DNA of 63,712 bases, filler included. It is 10 parts of 10 records of this genome, joined end to end, with 100 filler letters (N's around TTAATTAATTAA, not from the genome) between each part and the next. Parts side by side here need not be neighbours in the genome. Positions count along the whole stretch, not along the records: positions 1 to 11,743 come from SRR20825010_4348; positions 11,844 to 19,731 come from SRR20825010_4373; positions 19,832 to 25,218 come from SRR20825010_4374; 7 more parts are not named here. One strand, 5' to 3'. Each line of letters opens with the position of its first letter. Within the stretch, counting starts at the first letter, position 1. The position numbers and the translations under genes were made by a program. This document shows, piece by piece, positions 10,128-20,105 of the stretch. The notes under the pieces are model-generated. The model saw only the letters and a program-made list of their open reading frames with translations, was not told the DNA's origin and did no database searches.

Positions 10128-10185
10128 CAACCGTAGAGCAAGCCGCGCGCTTGCATGCTCACCCTGGCCCTGCCCTGGAGTCCCC

Positions 10186-10995
10186 TTGGACGCAATCAAT
10201 ATCGGCCCGCTGGCCTTGCCAGCTGGCGTGGCCATCCCGCTGCTTGGCCTGTTCGCCGCCCTCACCACTAACGCCCTGTGGCAACGACGCGGTCAATCCA
10301 CTGAAAAAGCCATCTGGTGCACCGCATTCACTGCCCTGATCGGGGCCCGCACGGCTTTTGTACTGCGCTACCCGGATCAATATTCCACCTTGCAAGGCAT
10401 CGTGGATATTCGCGACGGAGGCTGGTGGTGGCCGGGCGCCCTGGCGGCCTTGCCGGTGCTGCTGTTTTTCCTCTGGCGGCAACGCCACCGCAGGCCCGCA
10501 TTGCTCAGCAACCTGGCCGCCTCATTGGTGGCAATGACGCTAACCCTGGCGACGCTGCAAGCATTCAGTCAGCCGGCCGAGGCCCTGCCTGACATCACCC
10601 TGTATGACCTGAAAGGCAGTCCTAAACCGCTTCAGCAAGAAGGCGGCCATCCCATGGTCGTGAACCTCTGGGCCACCTGGTGCCCGCCCTGCCGGCGAGA
10701 AATGCCGGTGATGGAAGCCGCCCAATCACGCTACCCCACCGTGAAATTCCTGATGGCCAACCAGGCCGAAAATGCGACCGCCGTACGCCACTACCTCACC
10801 AACGCGCAGCTGGCGTTTAACTCCTTACGGCTGGATCCCCATTCGGATTTGAGCCGTTTCGCCGGCAACCCCGGCCTGCCGCTGACATTGATTTTTGATA
10901 GTGACGGCAACCAGGTAGCACGCCACTTCGGCCCACTGTCCTCTGCCAGTCTGCACCACCTTCTAAGTGAACATTTTCCTGAGGTCGCCTTATGA
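10186..10995 (+). CDS. TlpA disulfide reductase with N-terminal Lgt-like membrane domain
   Basis: TTG start after GGAG; GARTAFV..DIRDGGW membrane region; VNLWATWCPPCRREMP. Confidence 0.85.
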   Translation: MDAINIGPLALPAGVAIPLLGLFAALTTNALWQRRGQSTEKAIWCTAFTALIGARTAFVLRYPDQYSTLQGIVDIRDGGWWWPGALAALPVLLFFLWRQRHRRPALLSNLAASLVAMTLTLATLQAFSQPAEALPDITLYDLKGSPKPLQQEGGHPMVVNLWATWCPPCRREMPVMEAAQSRYPTVKFLMANQAENATAVRHYLTNAQLAFNSLRLDPHSDLSRFAGNPGLPLTLIFDSDGNQVARHFGPLSSASLHHLLSEHFPEVAL

Positions 10996-11573
10996 CATCC
11001 CTAGTTTCCCGGCTCTGCACACTGATGCTGGCCAGCTTGCTGCTAGCCCCTATGGCGGCGCAGGCCGGCGACAAAGCCGAGCCCTCCATGGACAGCCTGC
11101 TGGCCAAGCTGGAAGCCAGCAGCTGGGTGGCGGAAGGCGCACGGGAACCCAAACGAATAGCCTATGTATTCACGGATATGGCCTGCCCCTACTGCGCCAG
11201 ATTGTGGGAAAATATGCAGCCAATGATCGAAGACGAAGATAACGTGTTGCAGGTACGCCACATTATCGTCGGGCTGATCAATCCCAAACGCAGCTTCACC
11301 CAGGGCGGTGCCGTGCTGGCTGCCCCGGACCCGGCCGCCGCCCTGGCGGAGCACGAGGCGCACTACGATGACGGCGGCATTCGCCCGCTGCAACGGGTGC
11401 CCGATGCCATCCGCAGCCAGATCCAGAGCAACACCGGGCTGATGATCGGGCTCGGCCTGCAAGGCACACCGGCCCTGATTTTCCAGGACAGCAAGGGGCG
11501 CTGGCGTGTGGCGCCGGGGGTCGTTGGGGAGGAGGCGTTGCGGGTGGAGGTGTTTCAGCTGGACAAGGGGTAA
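10992..11573 (+). CDS. DsbG-like thiol:disulfide interchange protein
   Basis: Signal peptide, YVFTDMACPYC, GTP cis-Pro loop; short, appears to lack the dimerisation domain. Confidence 0.8.
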   Translation: MTSLVSRLCTLMLASLLLAPMAAQAGDKAEPSMDSLLAKLEASSWVAEGAREPKRIAYVFTDMACPYCARLWENMQPMIEDEDNVLQVRHIIVGLINPKRSFTQGGAVLAAPDPAAALAEHEAHYDDGGIRPLQRVPDAIRSQIQSNTGLMIGLGLQGTPALIFQDSKGRWRVAPGVVGEEALRVEVFQLDKG

Positions 11574-11582
11574 GTCGCACTG

Positions 11583-11743
11583 TGCAGGCGTTCCCTTCCA
11601 GGGGACGAACCGCGCGTAGCGCGATATTGGCGAAAGCCAATCCTCCGTCCACTGGGTGATGCGTTTCCTCTAAGGCGAGCTGCAGTCAAAGGCGGCCACT
11701 GCTTCGCTGCGCTCAGTTCGTCCCCTGGAAGGGAACTCCTACA
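11583..11743. repeat. REPIN-like inverted REP doublet (GTAG family)
   Basis: TGCAGGCGTTCCCTTCCAGGGGACGAAC...GTTCGTCCCCTGGAAGGGAACTCCTACA; the contig ends exactly at the repeat end. Confidence 0.75.
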
Positions 11744-11843
11744 NNNNNNNNNNNNNNNNNNNNNNNNNNNNNNNNNNNNNNNNNNNNTTAATTAATTAAN
11801 NNNNNNNNNNNNNNNNNNNNNNNNNNNNNNNNNNNNNNNNNNN
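11744..11843. other. Artificial contig spacer (first of nine; others at 19732, 25219, 32244, 41068, 46007, 50964, 54470, 59745)
   Basis: N44-TTAATTAATTAA-N44, 100 bp each, with stops in all six frames; gene context changes at each spacer. Confidence 0.98.
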
Positions 11844-12519
11844 GTCCCGCGATGATCAGCCACCACAAAACGCGCGCGTCAAAGCCGTCGACCCATTGTT
11901 CGCCCCGGCGGTTGATATTGCCGCCCAATGCAAACCATGCGTCATAGATCCAGCCAAAGACCTCTCCGCCAAACGCCCATGCGATCCAGCTTTCCTCTTT
12001 GAAATCAGGCAGGCCCGAAATCTGCGTCGACTGGTTGATCAGGCGAAACGACACTTCTGTGGTGCCGCGCAGGAAGAATAGGAACGCAAGGCTGACGATA
12101 AAGCTGGACAGGCCAGAGCGCACGACGATGGTGCCGATCAACCAGCCCAGCGAGAGAGTCATGGCGAGGGTAATGATGAAGGCAAGGAAGGGCGTCGCCT
12201 CGCCCAGACCAAAAGGCAGGCCCCATTTCAGCATCATGGCCATCGACATGCCCGCAAAGCCGATCATAGAGCCGATGGATAGATCGAATTCGCCGCCGAT
12301 CATCAGCAACGCCGCGCCGGTGGCGATGATGCCAAACTGGGCGATGATGGCCAGATTATTCTTCAGCCCCAGTGCGTTGAACGCCTTGAAGTCCGAGGCA
12401 AAAGTGATCATCGTCACCACGACGATCATGACGATGAAGGCACCCGCCTCCGGGCGGCGAACAAGGCGCGCCAGGGCAGATTCCTGAGCCAGTCGGTCCG
12501 CTTCGCTGCGGTCAGACAT
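11844..12519 (-). CDS. Sugar ABC transporter permease (3' truncated)
   Basis: LLMIGGEFDLSIGS, SSFIVSL; follows the binding-protein gene. Confidence 0.9.
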
Positions 12520-12548
12520 GAGACCCCCCAATGCTGTTTGGATGTATC

Positions 12549-12581
12549 AAAAAAGGGGACAGCCGTTGCCGTCTGTCCCCC
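12549..12581 (-). terminator. Hairpin/terminator after the SBP gene
   Basis: GGGGACAG...CTGTCCCC with an A6 tract (U-tract on the minus strand). Confidence 0.65.
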
Positions 12582-12606
12582 AAAATGGTCCGGTGGGAGC
12601 CCGCGT

Positions 12607-13518
12607 TCAGCGGTTCACGCCCGCCTGAGATTTGACGTCACCCGCATTGGTTGCGTCGACAAAACCGGGACCGGACGGCACGTTTGAGCCGGGCAACATC
12701 CCTGCGTTGGTGTTGTAGAGGTGCAGGACAATGACCGGCATGTAGCCCTGAAGGCGTTGTTGCTGGTCGATCGTGTAGGCGACATTGCCCGCCTCGATCA
12801 GGTCCATTACACCGGGTGACAGGTCAAAGCAGGCCAGATGAATGTCGGCACCCACTTCTTCGATGGCGGCCCAGGCCGCTTCGCAGACGTGGGGACCAGC
12901 AGCCAACAGGCCGTCAATGGACTCGTCCGCCTGAAGGGCGGCGGCGGTACGGGTCTTGATCTGGGTGACGTCGTTCGACACGTCGATCTGGTTGAGCTCG
13001 GCGCCGAAGGCGTCGAAATAGCCGGTGCAGCGATCCACCAGCGCGGTGTTATAGGCTTCTTGGTTGAGGCACAGGCCGTTGGTCACGCCTTCGGCCTTGG
13101 CGCGTTCACCGGCAGCCTTGCCTGCGTCATATTCAGGCTGGCCCACATGCATCAGGGCACCGACATCCTTGGAGAATTCAAGGCCGGAATTGATGGTGAT
13201 GACCGGAATGCCGGCATCGACCGCATCACGGATTGCCCCGCCAAGCGCGTCGGCGTCAGGCAGCGAGACAATGATGCCATCGGGCTCTGTTGCGGCGGCT
13301 GCTTCGATCAGCTTGGCCATGCCGGACATGTCGCCGGAAGGGTCAAAGTTATACTCAAGATCGGCGCCGATTGCGGCGGCTGCGTCCTTGGCGCCCTTTT
13401 CAACCACCGGCCAGAACGGATCGGTTCCCTGCGTGTGGGTGATCAGGACGTAACGCTCGGCGGCGGCGGCGGATGCCATGACTGCGAGGGCCGCTGTGGC
13501 CAGCAGAAATTTTTTCAT
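12607..13518 (-). CDS. Sugar ABC transporter substrate-binding protein
   Basis: Signal peptide MKKFLLATAA; DPFWPVVEKG, IPVITINSG, IDQQQRLQGY. Confidence 0.92.
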   Translation of the reverse strand: MKKFLLATAALAVMASAAAAERYVLITHTQGTDPFWPVVEKGAKDAAAAIGADLEYNFDPSGDMSGMAKLIEAAAATEPDGIIVSLPDADALGGAIRDAVDAGIPVITINSGLEFSKDVGALMHVGQPEYDAGKAAGERAKAEGVTNGLCLNQEAYNTALVDRCTGYFDAFGAELNQIDVSNDVTQIKTRTAAALQADESIDGLLAAGPHVCEAAWAAIEEVGADIHLACFDLSPGVMDLIEAGNVAYTIDQQQRLQGYMPVIVLHLYNTNAGMLPGSNVPSGPGFVDATNAGDVKSQAGVNR

Positions 13519-13779
13519 TGATGTCTCCTCCATTGGACAGAATGCCCAGATTCCCGGGCTTATCTTGACGGATCGGCCCTGTCCCGGACCGTGTTCCGAG
13601 GCCAAGCCTAGCAATGCACCGGGGTTTTGTCAGCAGAGTTTCTCTGCGCCTCCTACCGCCCCGGATCCGGCTCGTTATCGCTAACAAGTCGTGCCTTCTG
13701 CGTCGAGCAAATGGCGTTCGGAGCGGGCCGGTTTCCGTCATTCATGATGGAAACTTGCAGCGATAATGATGGAAAACTT

Positions 13780-15072
13780 TCAGGTTTCGGTCTGTGGGCC
13801 GATTGTCCTTGCGTCCTTGGGCAGAGTCGGAGGGGCGGCGTTCAGCGCCTCGATGGCAAAGCCTGCGGCGGCTTTGTAGTCGGCCAGAAAAGCCGCGCGT
13901 TCGGCCGCGGGCAGCACGGCGTCAATGTCGTCGAAATGGCCGCCGCAGCGTTCATCGACGATGTCGAGAAGGCCAAATGGGCCAGCGCCACGGTTGCGCA
14001 GTACCAGTTTGGACACCGGGCCGCACAGCTTGTCGTCATATGCCTTTAGCGCGGCCTGTCCGACGCCATGCGCCACCAGACAGGCCCCCAGCGTGCGGGC
14101 ATCGACCACCGCCTGACTGGCACCGTTCGATCCGGTGGGATACATCGCATGCGCCGCATCGCCCAGAAGGGCCACACGCCCCTGCACCCATGTCGGGATC
14201 GGGTCGCGGTCGATCATCGGGTTCTCGAACGCGCGAGAGGCCCCCCGGATCAGGGCGGGCACATCCAGCCAGTCATAGCGGAACCGGTCAAAATGATGCG
14301 CAAAGCTGTCGATTGGCACCTCGTTGAACCAACCGGTCTGTGACCAGTCCTCGCCAGCGTCCAGCGTGCGTTCGGCGATCCAGTTGATCTCTGCCAGTCC
14401 GTCGGCATCAGGACGCGAGATCGGGTAGATCACCATGCGATGGCGCGAGGTGCCAAGCCCGACAAAGCTGGACCCGGTGCGGATGGGTTTGGCGCGCGTG
14501 GTGCCACGCCACATCAGCGCGCCGCCCCAGTGGATTGGCGGCTGGTCAGGATACATCTGCGCGCGGGTAGGTGAATGGATGCCCTCGGCCCCGATCAGCA
14601 AAGTGGCGGTTTCGGTCGTCGGACCGCTGGCTGTCTGGAGGTGGACGATCACACCGTCGGCAGTCTGGTCATGACCCGTGACGCGACAGCCGGTGCGGAT
14701 GGCCTGCGGTCCCAGTCGATCCTGCACCGTCTTGTAGAGCATCATGTGAAAGCGGCCCCGGTGGACGGCGTATTGCGGCCAGTGATAACCCGCCTCCAGC
14801 CCGCGCGGCTCGGCGTGGATCTCGGACCCGTTCAGGCCGACCAACGCCCATTCGCGGGCGGGCAGGCCGACCGTGTCGAGCCGGTCCGCGCCGATGCCCA
14901 GATCGAATAATTCGCGGACGGCGTTGGGCTGCAGGTTGATGCCGACGCCCAGCGGTTTCGGATCACGGACGGATTCAAGCACCGTGCAGGGCAAGCCGAT
15001 CTGGTGCAGCGTCAACGCCGTCACCAGACCGCCGATGCCGCCACCGGCGATGAGGATGTGGGGAAGGGTCAT
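13780..15072 (-). CDS. FAD-dependent monooxygenase (aromatic hydroxylase family)
   Basis: ILIAGGGIGG, GAEGIHS (DG-motif variant), LLGDAAHAMYPTGSNGASQA. Confidence 0.88.
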   Translation of the reverse strand: MTLPHILIAGGGIGGLVTALTLHQIGLPCTVLESVRDPKPLGVGINLQPNAVRELFDLGIGADRLDTVGLPAREWALVGLNGSEIHAEPRGLEAGYHWPQYAVHRGRFHMMLYKTVQDRLGPQAIRTGCRVTGHDQTADGVIVHLQTASGPTTETATLLIGAEGIHSPTRAQMYPDQPPIHWGGALMWRGTTRAKPIRTGSSFVGLGTSRHRMVIYPISRPDADGLAEINWIAERTLDAGEDWSQTGWFNEVPIDSFAHHFDRFRYDWLDVPALIRGASRAFENPMIDRDPIPTWVQGRVALLGDAAHAMYPTGSNGASQAVVDARTLGACLVAHGVGQAALKAYDDKLCGPVSKLVLRNRGAGPFGLLDIVDERCGGHFDDIDAVLPAAERAAFLADYKAAAGFAIEALNAAPPTLPKDARTIGPQTET

Positions 15073-15145
15073 GTGGGGCCTCGTGTGGGGGATGCAACGG
15101 GTTCTGCGGTGGCTTGCTTGGAGCTTGGGTGTTTGTGGTTGGTGC

Positions 15146-15210
15146 GGGAGGGGGCGCTGCCCCCGTTGGCCAGGGGCCAACGCCCCCGGGATATTTCAGG
15201 ACAGAAGAAA
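15146..15210. repeat. Rhodobacteraceae-type intergenic palindromic repeat
   Basis: GGGGGCGCTGCCCCC and GTTGGCC..GGCCAAC hairpins followed by CCCCCGGGATATTT...AGAAGAA. Confidence 0.55.
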
Positions 15211-15242
15211 CATGGGGGGCCGCGCAGTTAGGGGGCAGGGCG

Positions 15243-16121
15243 TCAGATCTTGAGCAGGCGGCGGGCGTTGTCCTTGAGGATCAGGGGGCGCACCTCTTCG
15301 CGGATGTCGAGCGCTTCGAAGTCCTTGAGCCAGCGGTCGGGTGTGATGGCAGGCCAGTCGGAGCCGAACAGCATCTTTTTGCGGAGGATCGTGTTGGCGT
15401 ATTGCACGAAGATCTTGGGGAAATATTTCGGCGACCAGCCGGACATATCGATGTAGACGTTGGGTTTGTGCTGGGCGACCATCAGCCCCTCTTCTGTCCA
15501 AGGGAACGAGGGGTGGGCCAGCACGATGGGCGTGTCGGGAAAGTCGACGGCGACGTCGTCGACGTGCACCGGGTTGGAGTATTTCAACCGCATTCCCATG
15601 CCGCCGCGCATGCCCGATCCGACGCCTGTCTGGCCGGTGTGAAAGAGCATGATCGCGCCTTCGTCGGCGATGGCCTCGTAGAGCGGGTAGGCCCAGCGTT
15701 CATTGGGATAGAAGCCCTGCATCGTGGGGTGAAACTTGAACCCCTTTACGCCGAACTCCTTGACAAGGCGGCGGGCCTCTCGCGCGCCGGCCTTGCCCTT
15801 GGCTGGGTCGATGCTGGCGAAGGGGATCAGGATGTCGTCGTTCTCGGCGGCGATCTGGGCCACTTCTTCGTTCGAGTAGCGCCGGAAACCGGTTTCGCGT
15901 TCGGCATCGACCGGAAAGATCACCGCGCCGATGCGGCGCTCGCGGAAGTATTCGGCAGTTTGCTGAACGGAGGGCAGCATGCCGGAGGCCCCGGCGGGGT
16001 TCTTGAAGTATTTCGCCATACCGGCCTGGAAGTCGTCGTAGCCATCGTCGCGCGGGCCGCAGCAGGGTTCCTCGGCATGGGTGTGAAAGTCTATGGCGAT
16101 CAGATCGTCGGCGTTTAACAT
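15243..16121 (-). CDS. Amidohydrolase_2 family, CouO/Atu1421-like hydroxyphenyl-beta-ketoacyl-CoA hydrolase
   Basis: IDFHTHAE, GFKFHP, FHTGQTG, LAHPSFPW, LFGSDWP. Confidence 0.8.
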   Translation of the reverse strand: MLNADDLIAIDFHTHAEEPCCGPRDDGYDDFQAGMAKYFKNPAGASGMLPSVQQTAEYFRERRIGAVIFPVDAERETGFRRYSNEEVAQIAAENDDILIPFASIDPAKGKAGAREARRLVKEFGVKGFKFHPTMQGFYPNERWAYPLYEAIADEGAIMLFHTGQTGVGSGMRGGMGMRLKYSNPVHVDDVAVDFPDTPIVLAHPSFPWTEEGLMVAQHKPNVYIDMSGWSPKYFPKIFVQYANTILRKKMLFGSDWPAITPDRWLKDFEALDIREEVRPLILKDNARRLLKI

Positions 16122-16142
16122 GGTAAATCCTCCCGGTGGGCC

Positions 16143-16946
16143 TTAGTGCGCGTCGGGCGCTTGCACCTTGGGGCTGCGTTTTTCCAGAAAATCCTTCAGG
16201 CGTTGTTTGGCCTCGGGCGTCATTGTGGCCAGTGAGGCCACCATTGCCTCTGTGAACAGGCCGCTGTCGGCGGACATGTCGGCGATGCGGGGCAGTGCGT
16301 TCAGGATGGCGTAGTTGGTGAATTCAGCGTTCTGCGCCATGCGGTGGGCGATCTCTGTCGCGCGCTCCAGCGCGGTGCCGGCGGGTACGACATAAGACAC
16401 GCCGCCCCAGCGTTCCATGTCAGTAGCCGACACCGACCGGCCCGTCAGCATCATGTCCCCCATCCGCGCGGACCCGATCAACCGGGAGATGCGGACCGAT
16501 CCGCCGCCTCCGACAAAGATGCCGCGCGTGCCTTCGGGCAGGGCAAAGAACGCCGTTTCTTCGGCCACGCGGATATGGCTGCTGGCGGCCAGTTCGAACC
16601 CGCCGCCCACCGCCGCCCCGGTGATGGCGCAAACAAACGGGATCTCTCCCATTTCGATGGTTTCAAACGTGCGGTGCCAGAGACGCGAGCCTTTGACCGC
16701 CTCAAACAGCGGCTTTTCCGAATGTTCGGCAAGGTCCAGCCCGGCGCAGAAGTGAGTGCCGTGGCCATGCAGGACAGCGGCGCGGGCCTCAGCCGTGGCG
16801 CGGGCCACCGCCGCGCCAAGGGCGATCACGAAGCGATCCGACAGGGCGTTGCGTTTGTCCGGGCGGTTCAGACCGATCAACGCCACGTCACCGTCAACCG
16901 AATAGGTGATCAGGCCGTCGCCCTTGGTCTGCGGATGCGCTGTCAT
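16143..16946 (-). CDS. Enoyl-CoA hydratase/crotonase
   Basis: LNRPDKRNAL, FCAGLDL, GGGFELA, LPEGTRGIFVGGG. Confidence 0.9.
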   Translation of the reverse strand: MTAHPQTKGDGLITYSVDGDVALIGLNRPDKRNALSDRFVIALGAAVARATAEARAAVLHGHGTHFCAGLDLAEHSEKPLFEAVKGSRLWHRTFETIEMGEIPFVCAITGAAVGGGFELAASSHIRVAEETAFFALPEGTRGIFVGGGGSVRISRLIGSARMGDMMLTGRSVSATDMERWGGVSYVVPAGTALERATEIAHRMAQNAEFTNYAILNALPRIADMSADSGLFTEAMVASLATMTPEAKQRLKDFLEKRSPKVQAPDAH

Positions 16947-16988
16947 CGCGGAATGCCCCTGCTGTTCGGTCGCCAGAATGTCGAGAAT

Positions 16989-17008
16989 TTGGTTTCCAAG
17001 TAAACAAT
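16989..17008. promoter_or_regulatory. Candidate MarR-type operator
   Basis: Imperfect palindrome GTTT-CCAAGT-AAAC in the AT-rich divergent promoter region. Confidence 0.35.
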
Positions 17009-17128
17009 ATTTGAGGAGCGAGTCAATCTCGGGGTGGCGCAGCACCCGGAGGCTTTGTCGCTTTTCCTCGCCTGCATTCCGGTATACCAAAATTGCAAAC
17101 GGGGGCCCGAGCGGGCCGGGGAGGGACC

Positions 17129-18298
17129 ATGACCGAACTGAAACTCGCCGCTGGATTGTCGCGGCTGGGCACTGAATCCGCCTTTGTCGTTCTGGCGCGC
17201 GCGGGCAAATTGGCCGCAGAGGGCCACGACATTATCAACCTTGGCATCGGCCAGCCGGATTTTCAGACTCCGGCGCATATTGTCGAGGCCGGGATCAAGG
17301 CGCTGCGCGACGGCCATCACGGCTATACGCCCGCCAACGGTCTGCCCGCGCTGCGGCAGGCGGTGGCCGCCGATCTGCACCGTAGGCATGGGGCAGAGGT
17401 GAACCCCGACAATGTGGTGGTGGTCCCGGGTGGCAAGCCGACCATGTTCTTTGCGGTGCTGATGTTCGGCGAACCGGGGGCAGAGATCATGTATCCCAAC
17501 CCCGGTTTCCCGATCTACGAGAGCGTCATCAAGTATTCCGGCGCGACCCCGGTGCCGATTGCACTGAAGGAAGAAAATGGCTTTGCCTTCAACGCCGAAG
17601 AGGTCCTGGGCCAGATCACCGACAAGACGCGGTTGATCATCATCAACTCACCCGCCAACCCCACAGGCGGAGTGACCCCCAAGGCGGAGATCGACAAACT
17701 GGTTGCCGGTCTGGCGGATCATCCGCAGGTCGCGTTGATGTCGGATGAAATCTATTCCAACATGCTCTATGGCGGGCGCGAACACACCTCACTGCTGAAC
17801 TACCCGGAAATCCGCGACCGGTTGATCATGCTGGACGGCTGGTCCAAGACCTATGCGATGACCGGCTGGCGGTTGGGCTATGCGGTCTGGCCGGACGCCT
17901 TGGTGGACCACGCCACGCGGCTGTGTATCAATGATCATTCCTGCGTCAACGCGGCGACGCAATACGCCGGGATCGCGGCACTGGAGGGTCCGCAGGACGC
18001 GGTGCGCGACATGGTTGCCGCCTTTGACGAACGGCGTCAGGTCATCGTGCGCGAACTTAACGCGCTGCCGGGGATACGCTGTGCCGATGCGGCGGGGGCG
18101 TTTTATGCGTTCCCGAACGTCGAAGGCACCGGCATGACCTCCAAGCAGGCAGAGACGCGGTTCCTGGAAGAGGCGGGCGTGGCGACGGTGGCGGGCACCT
18201 CTTTTGGCGCGTGGGGAGAGGGCTATCTGCGCTTTTCCTACGCCAATTCGACCGACAACATTCTGGAGGCGCTGTCGCGCATCCGCAAACTTCTGTGA
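17129..18298 (+). CDS. PLP-dependent class I aminotransferase
   Basis: GIGQPDF, NSPANPTG, SDEIY, GWSKTYAMTGWRLG. Confidence 0.93.
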   Translation: MTELKLAAGLSRLGTESAFVVLARAGKLAAEGHDIINLGIGQPDFQTPAHIVEAGIKALRDGHHGYTPANGLPALRQAVAADLHRRHGAEVNPDNVVVVPGGKPTMFFAVLMFGEPGAEIMYPNPGFPIYESVIKYSGATPVPIALKEENGFAFNAEEVLGQITDKTRLIIINSPANPTGGVTPKAEIDKLVAGLADHPQVALMSDEIYSNMLYGGREHTSLLNYPEIRDRLIMLDGWSKTYAMTGWRLGYAVWPDALVDHATRLCINDHSCVNAATQYAGIAALEGPQDAVRDMVAAFDERRQVIVRELNALPGIRCADAAGAFYAFPNVEGTGMTSKQAETRFLEEAGVATVAGTSFGAWGEGYLRFSYANSTDNILEALSRIRKLL

Positions 18299-18312
18299 CG
18301 AAAGGCCGACCC

Positions 18313-19260
18313 ATGAGCGATACGCATCTTCTGATCTGCGGCAAGAGCTTTAACGACGTTGACCGTGACCGGCTGAGCACGGCCTATCCGGCCGTCTATG
18401 TGGAAGCGCCTGCGGATATGGCGGCGCTGGAGTCAGGGTTGCGCGCCAGCATTCGGGCAGTGGCCTTCAAGGGGCACACGCCCTTTGGGGCCGAGGCGAT
18501 GGATCTATTCCCGCAACTGGGTCTGATTGCCAACTACGGTGTTGGTTATGACGCCATCGATGTGGACGCGGCCAGCGCGCGCGGCATCGCCGTGACCAAT
18601 ACGCCGGACGTGCTGTCCGATGATGTGGCCGATCTGGCGGTGGCGCTGATGATCACACAGGCGCGGACGATGATCCGAGGCCATGCACATGTCGCCTCTG
18701 GCCGCTGGGCGGCAGAGGGTGAGATCCCGCTGAACCGCAAGGTGTCAGGCTCGACCGTGGGGATTGTCGGTCTTGGCCGCATCGGGCGTGAGATCGCGGA
18801 TCGGCTGGCGGCGTTCAAGATGGACATCCACTATACCTCGCGCTCTGAAAAAGAGACGCCGGGCTGGACCTATCACAATGATGTGGTGTCGCTGGCGGGG
18901 GCGGTGGATTTCCTTGTCGTCGCGCTGGTCGGTGGGCCGGACACCAAGGGCCAAGTCAGCCGCGAGGCGATTGCCGCTTTGGGGCCGCGCGGCGTGGTGG
19001 TCAATATCTCGCGCGGGTCGACCATTGACGAAGGCGCGCTGCTGGATGCGTTGGAGTCGGGCGACATTGCGGGCGCGGCGCTGGACGTCTTCGAGAATGA
19101 GCCAAACCCCGATCCGCGTTTTCTCAAGCTGAGCAACGTGGTTCTGCAACCGCATCAGGGCTCGGGCACAGTCGAGACGCGCACCGCCATGGCAGAGCTG
19201 CAACTGGCGAATGTAACGGCCTTTCTTGAGGGGCGGGATCTGCTGACGCAGGTGAACTGA
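18313..19260 (+). CDS. D-2-hydroxyacid dehydrogenase
   Basis: GVGYDAID, VTNTPDVL, GLGRIG, NISRG, LDVFENEP, PHQGS. Confidence 0.93.
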   Translation: MSDTHLLICGKSFNDVDRDRLSTAYPAVYVEAPADMAALESGLRASIRAVAFKGHTPFGAEAMDLFPQLGLIANYGVGYDAIDVDAASARGIAVTNTPDVLSDDVADLAVALMITQARTMIRGHAHVASGRWAAEGEIPLNRKVSGSTVGIVGLGRIGREIADRLAAFKMDIHYTSRSEKETPGWTYHNDVVSLAGAVDFLVVALVGGPDTKGQVSREAIAALGPRGVVVNISRGSTIDEGALLDALESGDIAGAALDVFENEPNPDPRFLKLSNVVLQPHQGSGTVETRTAMAELQLANVTAFLEGRDLLTQVN

Positions 19261-19418
19261 CCGGGTGTCGCGGGGGCGGGTCGAAAGCCCGCCGCCCGCT
19301 GGTGGCCCCGCTTCTCACAATCGTATCCGCCCGTACAGGCACATTTGTGGTAGGCTGTCGCTGAACAGAACGCCCGGTGTGCAGACCTGCGCGCGGCTTT
19401 TCAGGGAGAAGACCCACC

Positions 19419-19731
19419 ATGACCCAACGGACGACAGAGGGGCGCGGTCAGCGCTACGACAGTGTGCTGGACACCATCGGCAACACGCCGGTGATCCGCC
19501 TCAACCGGATCGCGCCCGACCATGTGACGGTCTACGTCAAATTTGAGGCGTTCAATCCCGCCGGATCGGTCAAGGATCGGCTGGCGGTCAGCATCATCGA
19601 GGCGGCGGAACGCGACGGCAGCCTGAAACCCGGCCAGACGGTGGTCGAGGCCACATCGGGCAACACCGGAATCGGGCTGGCGATGGTTTGCGCCGCCAAG
19701 GGATACCCCCTTGTTGTGACCATGGCCGAGA
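19419..19731 (+). CDS. cysK: Cysteine synthase family PLP enzyme (3' truncated)
   Basis: [30 protein letters not shown]. Confidence 0.85.
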
Positions 19732-19831
19732 NNNNNNNNNNNNNNNNNNNNNNNNNNNNNNNNNNNNNNNNNNNNTTAATTAATTAANNNNNNNNNNNNN
19801 NNNNNNNNNNNNNNNNNNNNNNNNNNNNNNN

Positions 19832-20105
19832 GGTCAAAACCTTCGTCGATCCCTCCATCCCGACCGACGGCATCGAGCCCGACCCGGCCCTTACCGTCGA
19901 TTCGGTGACCGACATCTGGCCCGGTGCTGAGTGGACCGAGCGCGAGGTGTTCGATATGTTCGGGATCCGTTTCCGGAATCACCCGGACCTGCGGCGGATC
20001 CTCACCTGGGAGGACTACCCCGGCCACCCGCTCCGCAAGGACTACCCGCTCCGCGGCCGCGGCGAGCGGGAGAGCTACCGGGTCGTGGACCGGACCTCCT
20101 CCTGA
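19832..20105 (+). CDS. nuoC: NADH-quinone oxidoreductase subunit C (5' truncated)
   Basis: [24 protein letters not shown]...[10 protein letters not shown]. Confidence 0.93.
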
